Origin: Flavobacteriales bacterium | GTDB taxonomy: Bacteria > Bacteroidota > Bacteroidia > Flavobacteriales_F > PHOS-HE28 | DNA length: 64,000 bases | Direction: 5' to 3' | Assembly (NCBI GenBank): GCA_016719225.1 | Contig: JADKAN010000004.1 | Coordinates: forward strand, 448,167 to 512,166 | Shown here: one piece after another, positions 48,878 through 61,012 of the stretch | Numbering within the stretch: the stretch's first letter is position 1 | How the letters are laid out: each line of letters opens with the position of its first letter | Program-made: the position numbers and the translations under genes | The notes under the pieces: generated by a model | What the model saw: the letters and a program-made list of their open reading frames with translations, nothing else | What the model was told of the DNA's origin: nothing | Databases searched by the model: none

Positions 48878-50317
48878 TTATTTGTTCAAAGTGATCGTGC
48901 GGGTCGCTTGGGTGTTACCTGTGTTAAGCTTCAGCACATAAGTGCCGTTGGCCAACGAGCCAAGGTCCACCACTTCACGCTGAACACCGCTGCCAGATGC
49001 CATGGTGCTATGCATCACGGTTTTGCCAACAACATCAAGGACGTCAACTTGCATGGCTGAGCCATTATCCAAAGTGTACTCCAGATTCACCAGACCGGTG
49101 GTCGGGTTCGGGTAGATGTTCAGGCTGCGGTCCAAGCTGTTGCTGGGAACGGACAACACCGCATTGGTGCTGAACAGTTTCGTTTCCACGGCAGCAAAAG
49201 ATGCTCCCTGAACAACGATGTTGCCATTCACCGTGATCTTGTAAAAGCCTTGGCCGTAGCTGCAGCACATCCCATCACCGTATGCATCCGTGATCTCAAA
49301 ACGATAGCAGTCCAGATCCTGCAAGCTCCAGTTGTAAATGTGCGGGGGCTGGCTTGCGCCATTTGCATAGGCGGCACCACGTTGAGCGAAAATTGTGCCG
49401 TCAGGGTTGTACAACTTCCAGTTCGTCTCGGAACCATAGTTGTCCGTTTGTACCGTAAGTGTAACCTCAGTACCCGGTGCCACCGCAGTGCTCGCTACCA
49501 CAGGAAGGGTGCTCGTGTTATTGGTCGCATTGTCATCCGTGGAGGTGATCTCGAAGGTCACCGTTCCATTTGCCGTTGGTGCAAAGCTGGTCACCGTTAC
49601 ATCCTCAATGCCATAAGTGGAAAGGTTGCCGGTCCATTGCGTACTTCCGAGAACGTTGCCTCCCAAGCGTGCCTCGATCGTAGCATTCGTCAAAGGTGAA
49701 GTGCCGACGTTCTGAAGACGGATTGGAAGTTCAACTTGATCGCCTGCACAAGCGGTTGCGGAGCCCATGGGCGGCAACAATGTTGCATCATTCGAGCTGA
49801 CAGCGGATTGGCAAGAACCCACACCGGCCCAAAGCTGTGCCGTGGTCTTTTGTCCGATCTCCGTCACGATGCGGTTAGGGCAAACCTTAAAGATGGTAGG
49901 AAAGTAGGTGATCTGGTATGCATCGGCAATGCCGGCATTGTCCAAGATCGGGTATGGGGTCCCGGTGACCCAATCGCCCTGTGAATTCGGGCCTGGGCCA
50001 TTCAGGTCCGCGATGCTGGTACTTGCATCGCCTTCCACCATGAACACCATCACTTTGTCTTCAGTGGTACCAGGGCCGTATTGGTCGTACAAACCCTCCA
50101 ATGCGCCAGAGTTATGATAGCTCCAGCAGGGACCACACCAAGTAGCACTTACGTCAATGAATACAGTGTAACCTTGATCCAGATAATCATACAGGTGCTG
50201 GGAGTTTCCGTTGAGGTCGGTCGCGGTAAAGTCGGGTGCGACAGAGTTGTCCGCGATCTGCGCCATAGCACCCAGCGCGGAAAATGCGAAGGCCGATAAG
50301 AGTAGTTTCTTCTTCAT
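48878..50317 (-). CDS. T9SS-secreted thioredoxin-fold protein (Trx-like domain + beta-rich domains + type-A C-terminal sorting domain)
   Basis: Signal peptide. FTATDLNGNSQHLYDY...VSATWCGPCW Trx motif. T9SS tail LNIYPNPTTGLVNLEY...TYVLKLNTGNTQATRTITLNK. Confidence 0.7.
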   Translation of the reverse strand: MKKKLLLSAFAFSALGAMAQIADNSVAPDFTATDLNGNSQHLYDYLDQGYTVFIDVSATWCGPCWSYHNSGALEGLYDQYGPGTTEDKVMVFMVEGDASTSIADLNGPGPNSQGDWVTGTPYPILDNAGIADAYQITYFPTIFKVCPNRIVTEIGQKTTAQLWAGVGSCQSAVSSNDATLLPPMGSATACAGDQVELPIRLQNVGTSPLTNATIEARLGGNVLGSTQWTGNLSTYGIEDVTVTSFAPTANGTVTFEITSTDDNATNNTSTLPVVASTAVAPGTEVTLTVQTDNYGSETNWKLYNPDGTIFAQRGAAYANGASQPPHIYNWSLQDLDCYRFEITDAYGDGMCCSYGQGFYKITVNGNIVVQGASFAAVETKLFSTNAVLSVPSNSLDRSLNIYPNPTTGLVNLEYTLDNGSAMQVDVLDVVGKTVMHSTMASGSGVQREVVDLGSLANGTYVLKLNTGNTQATRTITLNK

Positions 50318-50486
50318 TGAGCTGGTTTTTGGGTTTGAAGCAGTACGAAGCTAATGTTGCTTCAAGGCGATAGCGAAATTTTTCATTCGCCATTGTTGGA
50401 TTCCCAGGCATGCCTCAAGGCAACCCTCCGGTCCGACATCGGAAATCCCAATAGCTACCTTTGTACTTCAGGCACGGTAACCCTAG

Positions 50487-51251
50487 ATGACTATGAAACA
50501 AACTCACTCCATTCCGCTTTTCACCGCTGTACTTTTTTTCGCCGCTTCAGCTTCAGCCCAGATCGTGGAAGTGCGCAGTTCCAACGGGGACGTTTTGAAT
50601 GGCACATTAGTGCAGGTATCTGAACCTGTTGGTGATTCAGGGCAGACCTTGGGTATCGGGGGGGCTGTAGAGAACACTTCCGGCAGCGTGCGCACGATCA
50701 ATTTGAAGCGTTACGAGATGGATGTTCCGCACGGTACGGGTAATTATTTCTGCTGGGACCTCTGCTACGCTGAGCGTGCTGCGGGAGCATCCCCACTTTG
50801 GGTCGGTGCAGACCCTATCCCGATGAATGTTGGCCAGATCGCCAATGGCTTCCATGCCTATTACAAGCCCTACACGAACGTCGGGACCGCCACCTTCCGC
50901 TATGTATGGTACGATGTGAACACCCCCAATGACAGTGCTTGGGTGGACATCCAGTTCAATGCCATGTTCGTGGGGGTCTCTGAGAATGTATCGCCGGTGC
51001 GCTCGTTCTCTGCTTATCCCAATCCTGCGACCTCCAGCGATATCACGATCAATTTCGACCTGAATACACCCTTGGCAGGTACTCAACTGGCGGTATATAA
51101 CATGTTGGGAGAGCGGAAGCTGGTGCGTTCATTGAACGTTGCCCAGGGCAAGGTGGTGATCGGAAAGGATGAACTGCCTGCCGGAGTGTGGTTCGCTTCT
51201 TTGGAGCAGAACGGCCGGGCGCTGGCAACTAAGCGTGTGGTGGTGCAGTAA
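50487..51251 (+). CDS. hypothetical T9SS cargo protein (signal peptide + type-A C-terminal sorting domain)
   Basis: N-terminal signal peptide. C-terminal FSAYPNPATSSDITINFDL...GVWFASLEQNGRALATKRVVVQ. A candidate -7 box TACCTTTG lies at 50456-50463. Confidence 0.6.
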   Translation: MTMKQTHSIPLFTAVLFFAASASAQIVEVRSSNGDVLNGTLVQVSEPVGDSGQTLGIGGAVENTSGSVRTINLKRYEMDVPHGTGNYFCWDLCYAERAAGASPLWVGADPIPMNVGQIANGFHAYYKPYTNVGTATFRYVWYDVNTPNDSAWVDIQFNAMFVGVSENVSPVRSFSAYPNPATSSDITINFDLNTPLAGTQLAVYNMLGERKLVRSLNVAQGKVVIGKDELPAGVWFASLEQNGRALATKRVVVQ

Positions 51252-51265
51252 GCTGATCGGGCACG

Positions 51266-51940
51266 TCAGCCGATCAGTTGCTTGGCTAGCTTCGGCACGC
51301 CTGTAGTCGCATTCTCTTTCCAATGAATGACACGTGCGATAGCGGGCATGTCACCCGGATCGATCAAGACTATTTTAGCGTGCGCTGGTGCTTCGTGCGC
51401 AAGCCCGGCGGCAGGCCAAACTTGAAGTGACGTACCAACGATCACCAGTAGATCGGCTCCGGCGATCAGTCGTGCGGCTTCTTGCAGTTGCGGCACCTCT
51501 TCCCCGAACCATACGATGTGTGGCCGCAATTGGGATCCCAAAGGGCACTGGTCCCCTAACTTCAGGGATATGCCTTTTACCGGTTGTACCAACCGTGGAT
51601 CCTTCGTACTGCGGCATTTGAGGATCTCCCCGTGCAGGTGCAGTACATCCTTACTTCCGGCACGCTCATGTAGGTCGTCCACGTTCTGGGTGATCACGGC
51701 AACAGAGGCATGCTGATGCAATTCCGCAATTGCGAGATGTGCTTCGTTCGGAACGGCCTCGATCACTTGGGCACGGCGTTCGTCGTAAAAGCGTAGTACG
51801 CGGGCTGGGTCTTTGGCGAACGCTTCAGGTGTCGCCACGTCTTCGATCCGGTGCTCTTCCCAAAGTCCGTCGCTTGCGCGGAAGGTGCGCAGGCCGCTTT
51901 CTGCACTGATCCCGGCTCCTGTGAAGAAGATGATGCGCAT
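51266..51940 (-). CDS. cobB: NAD-dependent protein deacylase (sirtuin, CobB/Sir2 family)
   Basis: FFTGAGISAESGLRTFR NAD-binding start, zinc ribbon Cys pairs and the catalytic His region (HGEILKCRS). Confidence 0.85.
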   Translation of the reverse strand: MRIIFFTGAGISAESGLRTFRASDGLWEEHRIEDVATPEAFAKDPARVLRFYDERRAQVIEAVPNEAHLAIAELHQHASVAVITQNVDDLHERAGSKDVLHLHGEILKCRSTKDPRLVQPVKGISLKLGDQCPLGSQLRPHIVWFGEEVPQLQEAARLIAGADLLVIVGTSLQVWPAAGLAHEAPAHAKIVLIDPGDMPAIARVIHWKENATTGVPKLAKQLIG

Positions 51941-52255
51941 GGATATGGCGGGTGTTCAGCGGGAACGGGAACGCTGGCGCGAAGCTAGCTTTTTCGGGTA
52001 TGATCACTCCAATATAGCTTAGGATAAGCCACACATGTTGGAGGGCGGCAAAGGTCAGTAGCGTTCACACAGGTGTGATGGTTTCTCGTGTTCGGATCCC
52101 CGCTTACCGTGGTGGAAAGTTCAGGCTGCTCAAAGTCACGGCCACGGTATCCGGATTGCGCTTATTTTGCGGCCCCTTTGAACCAAAACCCGAGCGCATA
52201 GCACAACCCTTACCCCTTGTTCCGCTTGGCTATTTCGTCCGGCGGGCGGATTTTG

Positions 52256-52867
52256 ATGATCGACAGTCTGCGCGGTGAGATCGCTGAGAAGAGCCTTGCG
52301 CACGCGGTGGTGGAATGCCATGGTGTGGGCTATTTGGTGCATGTTGGCCAGAACACCTGCGCGGCCTTGCCACTGCGTGGACCCTGCAAGCTGTACGTGC
52401 ATTATGCGGTAACCATGGATGTGCGCAGCGGAAGCAGCGAGCACAAGCTTTTCGGTTTTTTGGACCGCGAGGAACGTCACTTCTTCCGCCAGTTGATCGA
52501 GGTGCAAGGCGTCAGCAGCACCATCGGCATGGCCATTTTGGGCGCACGTCCTGCAGCGGAACTGCAGGGTGCGATCATGCAAGGGGACGAAACAGTGCTG
52601 AAAAGTGTGAAAGGCATCGGCCCGAAGCTTGCCCAACGCATCGTACAGGAATTGCGCGGCAGATTATCAGGAGGTGCGGCCTACGTTCCGGGCATGTCCG
52701 GTGCGGGTGCGGGCAATACGCCCCGCAACGAGGCGTTATCGGCCTTGACCTCATTGGGGTTGGACCGCGCCAAGGCTGAGCGCGCACTGCAAAAGGTGAT
52801 CGATGCGCACAAGGACGAAATGCCTTCCGTGGAGGAATTGATCAGGCTCACCTTGAAGAACAGCTGA
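52256..52867 (+). CDS. ruvA: Holliday junction DNA helicase RuvA
   Basis: MIDSLRGEI start, helix-hairpin-helix GIGPKLAQRI and a C-terminal RuvB-interaction domain. The ORF track start at 52217 is over-extended. Confidence 0.85.
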   Translation: MIDSLRGEIAEKSLAHAVVECHGVGYLVHVGQNTCAALPLRGPCKLYVHYAVTMDVRSGSSEHKLFGFLDREERHFFRQLIEVQGVSSTIGMAILGARPAAELQGAIMQGDETVLKSVKGIGPKLAQRIVQELRGRLSGGAAYVPGMSGAGAGNTPRNEALSALTSLGLDRAKAERALQKVIDAHKDEMPSVEELIRLTLKNS

Positions 52868-52881
52868 GCCAGGACGCACCG

Positions 52882-55800
52882 ATGAGGCCCTTCACGACCC
52901 GCCCGCCGTATTTCCGTGCCGTGTTCCTTGCCTTCGCTTTGGTGCTCTCCGCTTTTACGCTGGTGAGTGCGCAGACCACACCCACGGGCGTTGACACGCC
53001 GAACGTGGTGCTGCCATACCCCATCACGGATCCGCCCGGCACCGGTGACTCCAATACGGGGACGATCGACCTGCAAAATCCTGCGAACGTCACCAACGAT
53101 GTGGTGTACGACCCCATAACCGGACAGTACATCCTTCGCAGCCGCATCGGCGACAACATCAACTACCGCCCGCCCCAGAGCATGAGCCTGGAGGAGTACA
53201 TGGACTACGACATGGACAAGTCCATGAAAACGTATTGGCTCAACAAGAACCAGCAGGAAAGTGAGCGCGCGGCGAAAAGCCTGATCCCGAGCATTCAAGT
53301 ACGGAACGAGGCGTTCTGTCGGATCTTCGGTGGTTGCAACATCGACATCCGTCCGCAGGGCAGCGCGGAGGTCACCTTCGGGGTGAACACCAGCAAGACA
53401 GAGAACCCGCGTATCCCGGTGGACCAGCGGAAGATCACCACATTCAACTTCGACCAGAAGATCCAGCTCAACCTGATCGGCAATATCGGTGATAAGTTGA
53501 AGATCAACACGAGCTACAACACCGAGGCCACCTTCGATTTTGAGAACCAGGTCAAGCTGAACTACACGGGCCACGAAGACGAGATCATCCAAAAGCTCGA
53601 GGCCGGTAACGTGAGCCTACCCCTCACCGGCCAGCTGATCCAGGGCAGCCAAAGCCTGTTCGGCCTGAAGACCGAGCTGAAGTTCGGAAAGCTTACCGCC
53701 ACGGCCATCTTCAGCCAGGAAAAAGGACAGCGCAAGAACATCGCCACAGCCGGCGGTGCACAGACCACCAACTTCGAGATCGCCGCGGATGACTACGAGG
53801 CCAACAAGTACTACTTCCTGAGCTACTATTTCCGGGACAACTACGAGAACGCGTTGCGCACCTTGCCGACCGTGAACAGCGGTGTCCAGATCACGAAAGT
53901 GGAAGTGTGGGTCACCAACACGCGCAGCGACTATACCAACAACCGCAACGTTATCGCCTTCACCGATCTGGGTGAGGATGCCAGCCCGGCCAGTGTGGCC
54001 GCTAACCGCGTGAGCGCTTTGTTGGTGAACAACGGTACCATCAATGACGGGCCCGGTATTGAAGCGAACAACAATGCCAACAGCCTTTATGCCACCGTAT
54101 CCCAGAACGCCGGCATCCGCAGCTTCACCGCCGCTGCCACGAGTTTGCAGATCCTGGGCCTGCAGGCCAGCAAGCATTACGAAAAGCTGGAGAGCGCCCG
54201 CTTGCTGGGACCCAGTGAATACACACTGAACGAGCGCTTGGGCTTCATCGGCCTGAACCAAAGTTTGAACAACGATGAGGTGCTGGGTGTGTCCTACCAG
54301 TACACGTTCCAGGGCCAGACCTATCAAGTGGGCGAATTCAGCACCGACGGCATCGCTCCGCCGAATGCGCTGGTACTGCGCCTGCTGAAGTCCACCATTA
54401 CGGACCCGCGGATCCCGCTGTGGGACCTGATGATGAAGAACGTCTATTCCTTGGGCGCATTCCAGGTGAACCGCGAGGACTTCCGTTTGGAGTTGCTGTA
54501 CAATAACCCCACCACCGGTGTGGACCTCAACTACATCCCCAAGCCGCCCATCGACCAGAAGCCCTTGTTACAGACACTCGGCCTGGACAGGCTGGACCAA
54601 CAAGGAGCGCCGAATCCGGATGGATCGTTCGACTTCGTGGACAACGCCGCAACGCTGGGCGGAACGATCAATACGCAGAACGGGCGCATCTTCTTTCCGG
54701 TGCTGGAACCCTTCGGTAGCTACTTGAACCGCGCGCTGATCGGACCCAATCCCGGTAGCCCGGTACAGGACACGCTGGTGCGGAAGAACATCGTATTCCA
54801 GCAACTATATGACAGCACGAAGACCGCGGCCGAGAACCTGCCCGAACTGAACCGGTTCAAGTTCCGAGGTAGTTTCAAGAGTGCCAGCAGCGATGTGATC
54901 AGCCTCAACTCCGTGAACATCCCACAAGGGTCGGTTAGTGTGACGGCGGGCGGCGTGAAGCTGATCGAGAACCAGGATTATACCGTGGATTACAACTTGG
55001 GCCGTGTGAAGATCCTGAACCAGGGCATCCTCGAAAGCGGTACGCCGATCAACGTAAGCCTGGAAAGCAATTCGCTCTTCAGCATACAGACCAAAACGTT
55101 GGCCGGTGCGCGCTTCGATTATAAAGTGAACAAGGACCTGGTGCTCGGCGGTACCATCATGAACCTCTACGAACGGCCGCTGACACAGAAGGTGAACGTG
55201 GGGGATGAGCCCATCGCGAACACTATCCTGGGCTTGGATGCGAACTGGAAGAAAGAGAGCGGACTGATCACGCGCTTGGTGGATAAGCTGCCCTTCTTCG
55301 ACACGAAGGAAACAAGCTCCATCGATGCCAGCGGTGAAGCAGCATACCTGATCCCCGGTCACAGTAAGGCCATCGGCAACGCGGGCACCAGCTACATCGA
55401 CGACTTCGAGGGCAGCGTGAGCACGATCGACATGCGCACGCAGAGCCAGTGGTTCCTAGCACCAACGCCGCAGGGCCAGACCGGCGACCTTTTCCCCGAA
55501 GGCGAGTACATCAACGATCTGCGCACCGGTTTCAAGCGGGCACTGATGGCCTGGTATGTGATCGACCCGATCTTCTTCAACAACAATAACCTCAAGCCGC
55601 CCTTGCCCTCCGGCAGTGACGCGAATAACAACAGCCGCGAGGTGCTGGAGCAGGAAGTCTTCCCGAACAAGCAGCTGCCCACGGGCCAACCCAGCAACAT
55701 CGCCGTGTTCGACCTGGCCTACTACCCTGGTGAGCGTGGACCATACAACTACACACCCACGTTGGATGCGAACGGCGATCTGCAGGACCCCGAAGGCAAT

Positions 55801-58800
55801 TGGGCCGGCATCGAACGCCGCGTCACCACCACGGATTTCGAGGCCAGCAACATTGAAACCGTGCAGTTCTGGGTGATGGACCCCTTCAACCCTCAGGTGA
55901 GCAACGCCCAAGGCGACCCCGCCAGCAACGTCGATGCGGGTAACACGACCGGCGGCGACCTCTACCTCAATCTGGGGAACTTGAGCGAGGATGTACTGCA
56001 CGACAGCCGCAAGAGCTTCGAGAACGGCTTGCCGAAAAGCCCGAGCGACCAAGCCTCTACCGTGGACCAGACCAATTGGGGCGTGGTGCCCACTACACAA
56101 AGCGTGGTCAACGCTTTCGCCATCAGCGATGCGAACAACACCTATCGCTACCAAGATGTGGGGATGGACGGCTTAAGCAGCACCAATGCTAATGCCTTTC
56201 AAGACGGGTTGAATGAGCAATCCTTCTTCTCGACTTACTTGGACACGCTGCTTCCCGGTGCTCGCGCCCGTTGGCAGAACGACCCCAGTGCCGACGATTA
56301 CCACTACTTCCGTGGCGGTGACTACGACACCCCACCGCGTTCCATCCTGGACCGTTACAAGCGCTACAATGGACTGGAAGGCAACTCCATAACCGACGAG
56401 GACAGTCCTGAGAATTACCCTACGCAAGCCACCACGCTGCCTACAACGGAGGACATCAACCAGGACCAGAACCTCAGCGAGAGCGAGAGCTATTTCCAGT
56501 ACAGGATCCGTCTACGGCCTTCGGAGATGGTGGTGGGGCAGAATTTCATCACCGACCGTGTGCTGGGTAGCTCCCCGAACGGGAAGCAGGTGTATTGGTA
56601 CCAGTTCAAGGTGCCCGTGCGCCAACCGGAAAAAGCGGTGAACGGGATCCAGGACTTCCGCTCCATCCGCTTCATGCGCCTCTATGTGAAAGGCTGGTCG
56701 CAACCCACTGTTTTGCGATTCGCCCGTCTTGAGTTCGTGCGCGGCGAATGGCGCAAATACACGCAAAGCCTGGAAACACCGGGTGAGGTGATCGGTGGTG
56801 ACCCGGACCAGACCACCTTCGACGTGGCCGCGGTGAACATCGAGGAGAACGGCAACCGTACGCCGATCAATTATGTGCTGCCTCCGGGTATCAATCAAGA
56901 GACCGACATCGCCAGTGCGAACCTCCGCAGCCTGAACGAACAGAGCTTGGAGCTGGGCACCTGCGGCCTACAGGACGGCGATGCGCGTGCTGCCTTCCGC
57001 AATGTGAGCTTCGACATCCGCAGCTACAAGAAACTGCAGATGTACGTGCATGCTGAGAGCGCTGATCCAACGCGTCCCATCGCATATGGGGATGTCAGCG
57101 TTTTCATAAGGCTTGGCAACGACTACGAGCAGAACTACTACGAATACGAGATCCCGGCGATTCCATCCGCCCTCTATAACAGTGACCCCTACAGCGTGTG
57201 GCCCGAGGCGAACAACATGGTGATCGAGTTCGCCAAGCTGAACGATGTGAAGATCCAACGGAACCAGGCAGGGTTTGCCGTGAACCAGCGTTACACGCAG
57301 ATGGACGGCGACCGCCGCGTCACCGTGGTGGGCAATCCCAATCTCAGCCGCATGAACACCATCATGATCGGCATCCGCAACCCGAAGAAGGATGGGGACG
57401 CAGCCAATCCTTGGGCCAATGACGACGGCTCCTCGAAGTGCGTGGAGGTATGGGTGAACGAATTGCGCCTCACCGATTTCGATCAACGCGGTGGGTGGGC
57501 CGCTATCGCCCGCGTGAACACGAACCTGGCCGATCTCGGCACGCTGAGCGTGGCAGGCAACTACAGCACTCCAGGTTGGGGCAGCATCGACAAGAAAGTG
57601 AGCGAACGCCAGCGTGATACCCGGTACGGTATCGACGTTAGCGCGAACTTGGAAATGAGCAAGTTCCTGCCCGAGAAGAGCGGCGTGAAGGTGCCCATGT
57701 ACCTCGGCTACTCGGAACAGATCATCAATCCGCAATACGATCCACTCAACCCGGATATTGAGTGGAACGATGCAACACGCAGCCTGACACGCGAGGAGAA
57801 GAAGCAGCGCTTGAAGGACCTGCGCACATACACACGCCGGCGCAGCATCAACTTCACCAACATCCACAAGGAACGCAGCGCAGCGAGCAAGGTCGAGCAC
57901 TTCTACGACATCAGCAACTTCGGCCTTTCCTACGCCTATAGCGACCAGGAATTCCACGACGTGAACACGCAGTACGAGAACACACGCACCTATCGCGGTG
58001 CGCTCTCATGGCAGCACAATCCCAAGCCGCGCACGGTAAAGCCGTTCGAGAATGTGGCCTTCATCGGCAACAGCAAATGGCTGAAGCTGGTCAAGGACTT
58101 CAACTTCAACCTCGGGTTCAAGCAGCTCACCGCCCGCACTTCCGTGGACCGCGCTTACCTGGAGCGTTTGATACGCCCCAACCCGGACATCGAGAGCTTA
58201 CCGCCCGCGCCCACTTACAACAAGACCTTCAACTGGAGCAACCAATACGGGTTCCGGTACGAGCTCACCAAGAGCTTGAAGCTCGACTTCAACGCGAACA
58301 ACAACGCCATCATCGGTGAGCCCACCGGACGAGTGAACGCCAAGGACAGGGACGACTACCAGCTGTGGAAGGACAGCGTGCTCACGAGCATCAAGGAGTT
58401 CGGAACTCCCACTTCGTACGATCACGTGGTGAACGTGACCTACACGCTTCCCCTGGACAAATTCCCGGCAACGGACTGGATCACTGCGAACGCTACGTAT
58501 GGCGCAGGCTATAAGTGGGACCGCGCCCCGCTTACGCAGGACACCGTTGGTAACACCATCCAGAATTCCCGGAACATCAATCTCAACGGCCAGTTCAACT
58601 TCGTGAACCTTTACAATAAGATCGGGTACTTGAAGAAGATCAACGACAAAGCCAAGGGTAACAACCGCAACACGCGTGCGAACGTGCAGAAGTCCACGGA
58701 CAAGGGCGGCAAGGCCGCTAATGACAGTACCAAAACCAAGGAGCCACCAAAAGTCGGAAGCAAGATCAACCCCTTTGAAGGTTTGGCGCGCGTGTTGATG

Positions 58801-60150
58801 ACCGTTCGAACGGGCACCTTCACCTACAGCCAGAACAACGGCATCCTGCTTCCCGGATGGGACCCCAGCATCAACGTGCTCGGCATGTCGCCCGGCTTCG
58901 GCGCACCGGGACTTGGCTTTATCCTGGGTGAACAGAACCAGGACCTGAGCGGGAACTACGTGCGCGATTTCGCAACGGAGGCCGGGCAGAAAGGCTGGCT
59001 CGTACAAACGCCGAGCATCTTCAACCCGTACACTAACACACGCTCTGAAACGATCAATGGCCGCCTCAGTTTGGAGCCTTTCAAAAGCATGCGGATCGAG
59101 CTGCTCGCCACACGCACTGCCAGCAACAACCGCAGCTCGTTCTTCCGCTGGGATGCCACCGAGCAACGTTATGTGAACGATAGCCCGCGTGAGTATGGGA
59201 GCTTCAGCGTGAGCACCATCAACTGGGCCACGACCTTCGCCAACGACAACAAGGACAGCCAAGTGAACAGTAACTTCTTGGACCTGCTTGCTGGGCGGCA
59301 GGTCATCAGCGAACGGTTGGGGCAAGCCGATCCCGGCCGTAGCCAACCCACGGACAGCGCATATTGGAGCGGTTACGGCGCCACGAGCCAGGACGTGATC
59401 ATCCCGGCGTTCTTGGCCGCCTATACAGGGCGCAATGCCAACACCGTGAAATTGAACCCGTTCAAGTTGCTCCCCTTGCCGAATTGGGACATCACGTATG
59501 ATGGCCTCACCAAACTGGATCTTTTCAAAAAGCTGTTCCGCACGTTCACCGTGAAGCATAGCTACCGCAGCACCTTCAGTATCGGGGGCTACCAGACCAA
59601 CCTTCTTTACGAACCCGGCGGCAGCGTGCTGGACGCCGGTAATAACTTCTTGCCAGAGAAGCAGATCTCGGTGGTCACGATCGCCGAAGTGATGCACCCC
59701 TTTATCAACTTTGACGCCACGTTGCAGAACAGCCTGCTCGCCAAGTTCGAGTACAACCGCGACCGCCAGCTCAGCCTCGGCCTTACCAACTTCCAAGTGA
59801 CCGAAGTGCGCGGAAAGGAATATGTGATCGGTACGGGGTACCGTTTCAAGAAGGTGAAATTCCCGTTCCAACTCGGTGGCAAAACACCCCAAAGTGATCT
59901 CAACCTGCGGGTTGACCTGAGCTGGCGTCAGAACAACACGGTGATCCGTAAGATCGAGGAAGGCCAGAACCAGGTGACCGCCGGCCAGGACATTATCTCC
60001 ATCAAGACCAGCGCGGATTACGTGATAGACCAGCGCCTGAACCTCCGCGCTTTCTATGAACGGGTCATCAACAAACCCGTGATCAGCAGTTCTTTCCCAA
60101 GTGCCAACACCAACATCGGCATCAGTCTTCGCTTTACGCTCACCCAATAA
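52882..60150 (+). CDS. sprA: gliding-motility / T9SS outer-membrane translocon protein SprA (Sov)
   Basis: 2422 aa with a signal peptide. Size, composition and the ruvA-adjacent position match SprA/Sov giant beta-barrel proteins. Confidence 0.85.
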   Translation: MRPFTTRPPYFRAVFLAFALVLSAFTLVSAQTTPTGVDTPNVVLPYPITDPPGTGDSNTGTIDLQNPANVTNDVVYDPITGQYILRSRIGDNINYRPPQSMSLEEYMDYDMDKSMKTYWLNKNQQESERAAKSLIPSIQVRNEAFCRIFGGCNIDIRPQGSAEVTFGVNTSKTENPRIPVDQRKITTFNFDQKIQLNLIGNIGDKLKINTSYNTEATFDFENQVKLNYTGHEDEIIQKLEAGNVSLPLTGQLIQGSQSLFGLKTELKFGKLTATAIFSQEKGQRKNIATAGGAQTTNFEIAADDYEANKYYFLSYYFRDNYENALRTLPTVNSGVQITKVEVWVTNTRSDYTNNRNVIAFTDLGEDASPASVAANRVSALLVNNGTINDGPGIEANNNANSLYATVSQNAGIRSFTAAATSLQILGLQASKHYEKLESARLLGPSEYTLNERLGFIGLNQSLNNDEVLGVSYQYTFQGQTYQVGEFSTDGIAPPNALVLRLLKSTITDPRIPLWDLMMKNVYSLGAFQVNREDFRLELLYNNPTTGVDLNYIPKPPIDQKPLLQTLGLDRLDQQGAPNPDGSFDFVDNAATLGGTINTQNGRIFFPVLEPFGSYLNRALIGPNPGSPVQDTLVRKNIVFQQLYDSTKTAAENLPELNRFKFRGSFKSASSDVISLNSVNIPQGSVSVTAGGVKLIENQDYTVDYNLGRVKILNQGILESGTPINVSLESNSLFSIQTKTLAGARFDYKVNKDLVLGGTIMNLYERPLTQKVNVGDEPIANTILGLDANWKKESGLITRLVDKLPFFDTKETSSIDASGEAAYLIPGHSKAIGNAGTSYIDDFEGSVSTIDMRTQSQWFLAPTPQGQTGDLFPEGEYINDLRTGFKRALMAWYVIDPIFFNNNNLKPPLPSGSDANNNSREVLEQEVFPNKQLPTGQPSNIAVFDLAYYPGERGPYNYTPTLDANGDLQDPEGNWAGIERRVTTTDFEASNIETVQFWVMDPFNPQVSNAQGDPASNVDAGNTTGGDLYLNLGNLSEDVLHDSRKSFENGLPKSPSDQASTVDQTNWGVVPTTQSVVNAFAISDANNTYRYQDVGMDGLSSTNANAFQDGLNEQSFFSTYLDTLLPGARARWQNDPSADDYHYFRGGDYDTPPRSILDRYKRYNGLEGNSITDEDSPENYPTQATTLPTTEDINQDQNLSESESYFQYRIRLRPSEMVVGQNFITDRVLGSSPNGKQVYWYQFKVPVRQPEKAVNGIQDFRSIRFMRLYVKGWSQPTVLRFARLEFVRGEWRKYTQSLETPGEVIGGDPDQTTFDVAAVNIEENGNRTPINYVLPPGINQETDIASANLRSLNEQSLELGTCGLQDGDARAAFRNVSFDIRSYKKLQMYVHAESADPTRPIAYGDVSVFIRLGNDYEQNYYEYEIPAIPSALYNSDPYSVWPEANNMVIEFAKLNDVKIQRNQAGFAVNQRYTQMDGDRRVTVVGNPNLSRMNTIMIGIRNPKKDGDAANPWANDDGSSKCVEVWVNELRLTDFDQRGGWAAIARVNTNLADLGTLSVAGNYSTPGWGSIDKKVSERQRDTRYGIDVSANLEMSKFLPEKSGVKVPMYLGYSEQIINPQYDPLNPDIEWNDATRSLTREEKKQRLKDLRTYTRRRSINFTNIHKERSAASKVEHFYDISNFGLSYAYSDQEFHDVNTQYENTRTYRGALSWQHNPKPRTVKPFENVAFIGNSKWLKLVKDFNFNLGFKQLTARTSVDRAYLERLIRPNPDIESLPPAPTYNKTFNWSNQYGFRYELTKSLKLDFNANNNAIIGEPTGRVNAKDRDDYQLWKDSVLTSIKEFGTPTSYDHVVNVTYTLPLDKFPATDWITANATYGAGYKWDRAPLTQDTVGNTIQNSRNINLNGQFNFVNLYNKIGYLKKINDKAKGNNRNTRANVQKSTDKGGKAANDSTKTKEPPKVGSKINPFEGLARVLMTVRTGTFTYSQNNGILLPGWDPSINVLGMSPGFGAPGLGFILGEQNQDLSGNYVRDFATEAGQKGWLVQTPSIFNPYTNTRSETINGRLSLEPFKSMRIELLATRTASNNRSSFFRWDATEQRYVNDSPREYGSFSVSTINWATTFANDNKDSQVNSNFLDLLAGRQVISERLGQADPGRSQPTDSAYWSGYGATSQDVIIPAFLAAYTGRNANTVKLNPFKLLPLPNWDITYDGLTKLDLFKKLFRTFTVKHSYRSTFSIGGYQTNLLYEPGGSVLDAGNNFLPEKQISVVTIAEVMHPFINFDATLQNSLLAKFEYNRDRQLSLGLTNFQVTEVRGKEYVIGTGYRFKKVKFPFQLGGKTPQSDLNLRVDLSWRQNNTVIRKIEEGQNQVTAGQDIISIKTSADYVIDQRLNLRAFYERVINKPVISSSFPSANTNIGISLRFTLTQ

Positions 60151-60185
60151 TTGCACCGCTCAGCGGTCAACGATACCTTGCACCC

Positions 60186-60563
60186 ATGAACACCCCAGCA
60201 GATCTCAAGTACACCAAGGACCATGAATGGGTCCGTGTGGAAGGCAATGAAGCCGTGATCGGCGTTACGGATCACGCCCAAAGCGAATTGGGCGATATCG
60301 TCTTCATCGACATCAACACCGAAGGACAGGACGTGGCACAACATGCCGTGTTCGGCACCATTGAAGCGGTGAAGACGGTGAGTGACCTCTTCATGCCCGT
60401 CAGCGGCACGATCGCCACCGTGAACCCCGATCTGGCGGATGACCCGGCCAGCGTGAACAAGGATCCTTACGGTAAAGGCTGGATCGTCCGTGTGAAGCTG
60501 AAGGACAAGGCCGAACTGGAAGGCCTGCTAACGGCCGATCAGTATACGGGCTCGATCAGCTGA
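60186..60563 (+). CDS. gcvH: glycine cleavage system H protein
   Basis: YTKDHEWV start and the lipoyl-lysine motif [10 protein letters not shown], ~125 aa. Confidence 0.9.
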   Translation: MNTPADLKYTKDHEWVRVEGNEAVIGVTDHAQSELGDIVFIDINTEGQDVAQHAVFGTIEAVKTVSDLFMPVSGTIATVNPDLADDPASVNKDPYGKGWIVRVKLKDKAELEGLLTADQYTGSIS

Positions 60564-60574
60564 CAACTCCGCCG

Positions 60575-60976
60575 ATGCGCGGTTTGGTGAAGGCGGTGCT
60601 TGCGCCAAGGAGGGTGTGGCCTGTGTTGTGGGCGGGTGTGATCCTGGTGCTCACCCTGATGCCCGGCAACGATGTGCCGAAATGGCCTTGGGCCGAGTTG
60701 ATCCATTTGGACAAGATCGTGCACTTCGTGCTTTTCGGGGTGCTGGCTTGGCTGACGGCCGGTGTGTTCATCCATCGCAATTCCATGGAACCGCAACGGG
60801 CGGTCCTCATTGCGTTGGTCCTTGCAGTGCTCTACGGAGGACTGATAGAACTGATGCAGGGCTGGATGGACATGGGACGCAGCGCCGATGTTTGGGACCT
60901 GATGGTGGACGCTATGGGTGCATCAGTGGCACTGCTTTTGGCGCTCGTGCGTTGGCGAACGCCAGCCACGATGTGA
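60575..60976 (+). CDS. VanZ-family membrane protein
   Basis: Four TM segments and the VanZ-like C-terminal motif GRSADVWDLMVDAMGA. Confidence 0.65.
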   Translation: MRGLVKAVLAPRRVWPVLWAGVILVLTLMPGNDVPKWPWAELIHLDKIVHFVLFGVLAWLTAGVFIHRNSMEPQRAVLIALVLAVLYGGLIELMQGWMDMGRSADVWDLMVDAMGASVALLLALVRWRTPATM

Positions 60977-61012
60977 AGAACACGTCCCAAGCTTTGCACT
61001 AAGGTTCAAAAC

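Noticed and set aside
51941-52216. Possible tRNA or other small RNA in the cobB-ruvA intergenic region
   Set aside because: No cloverleaf-compatible sequence with a GTTCGAATCC-like T-arm or an anticodon stem was found by eye. It is probably just the promoter region for ruvA-sprA.
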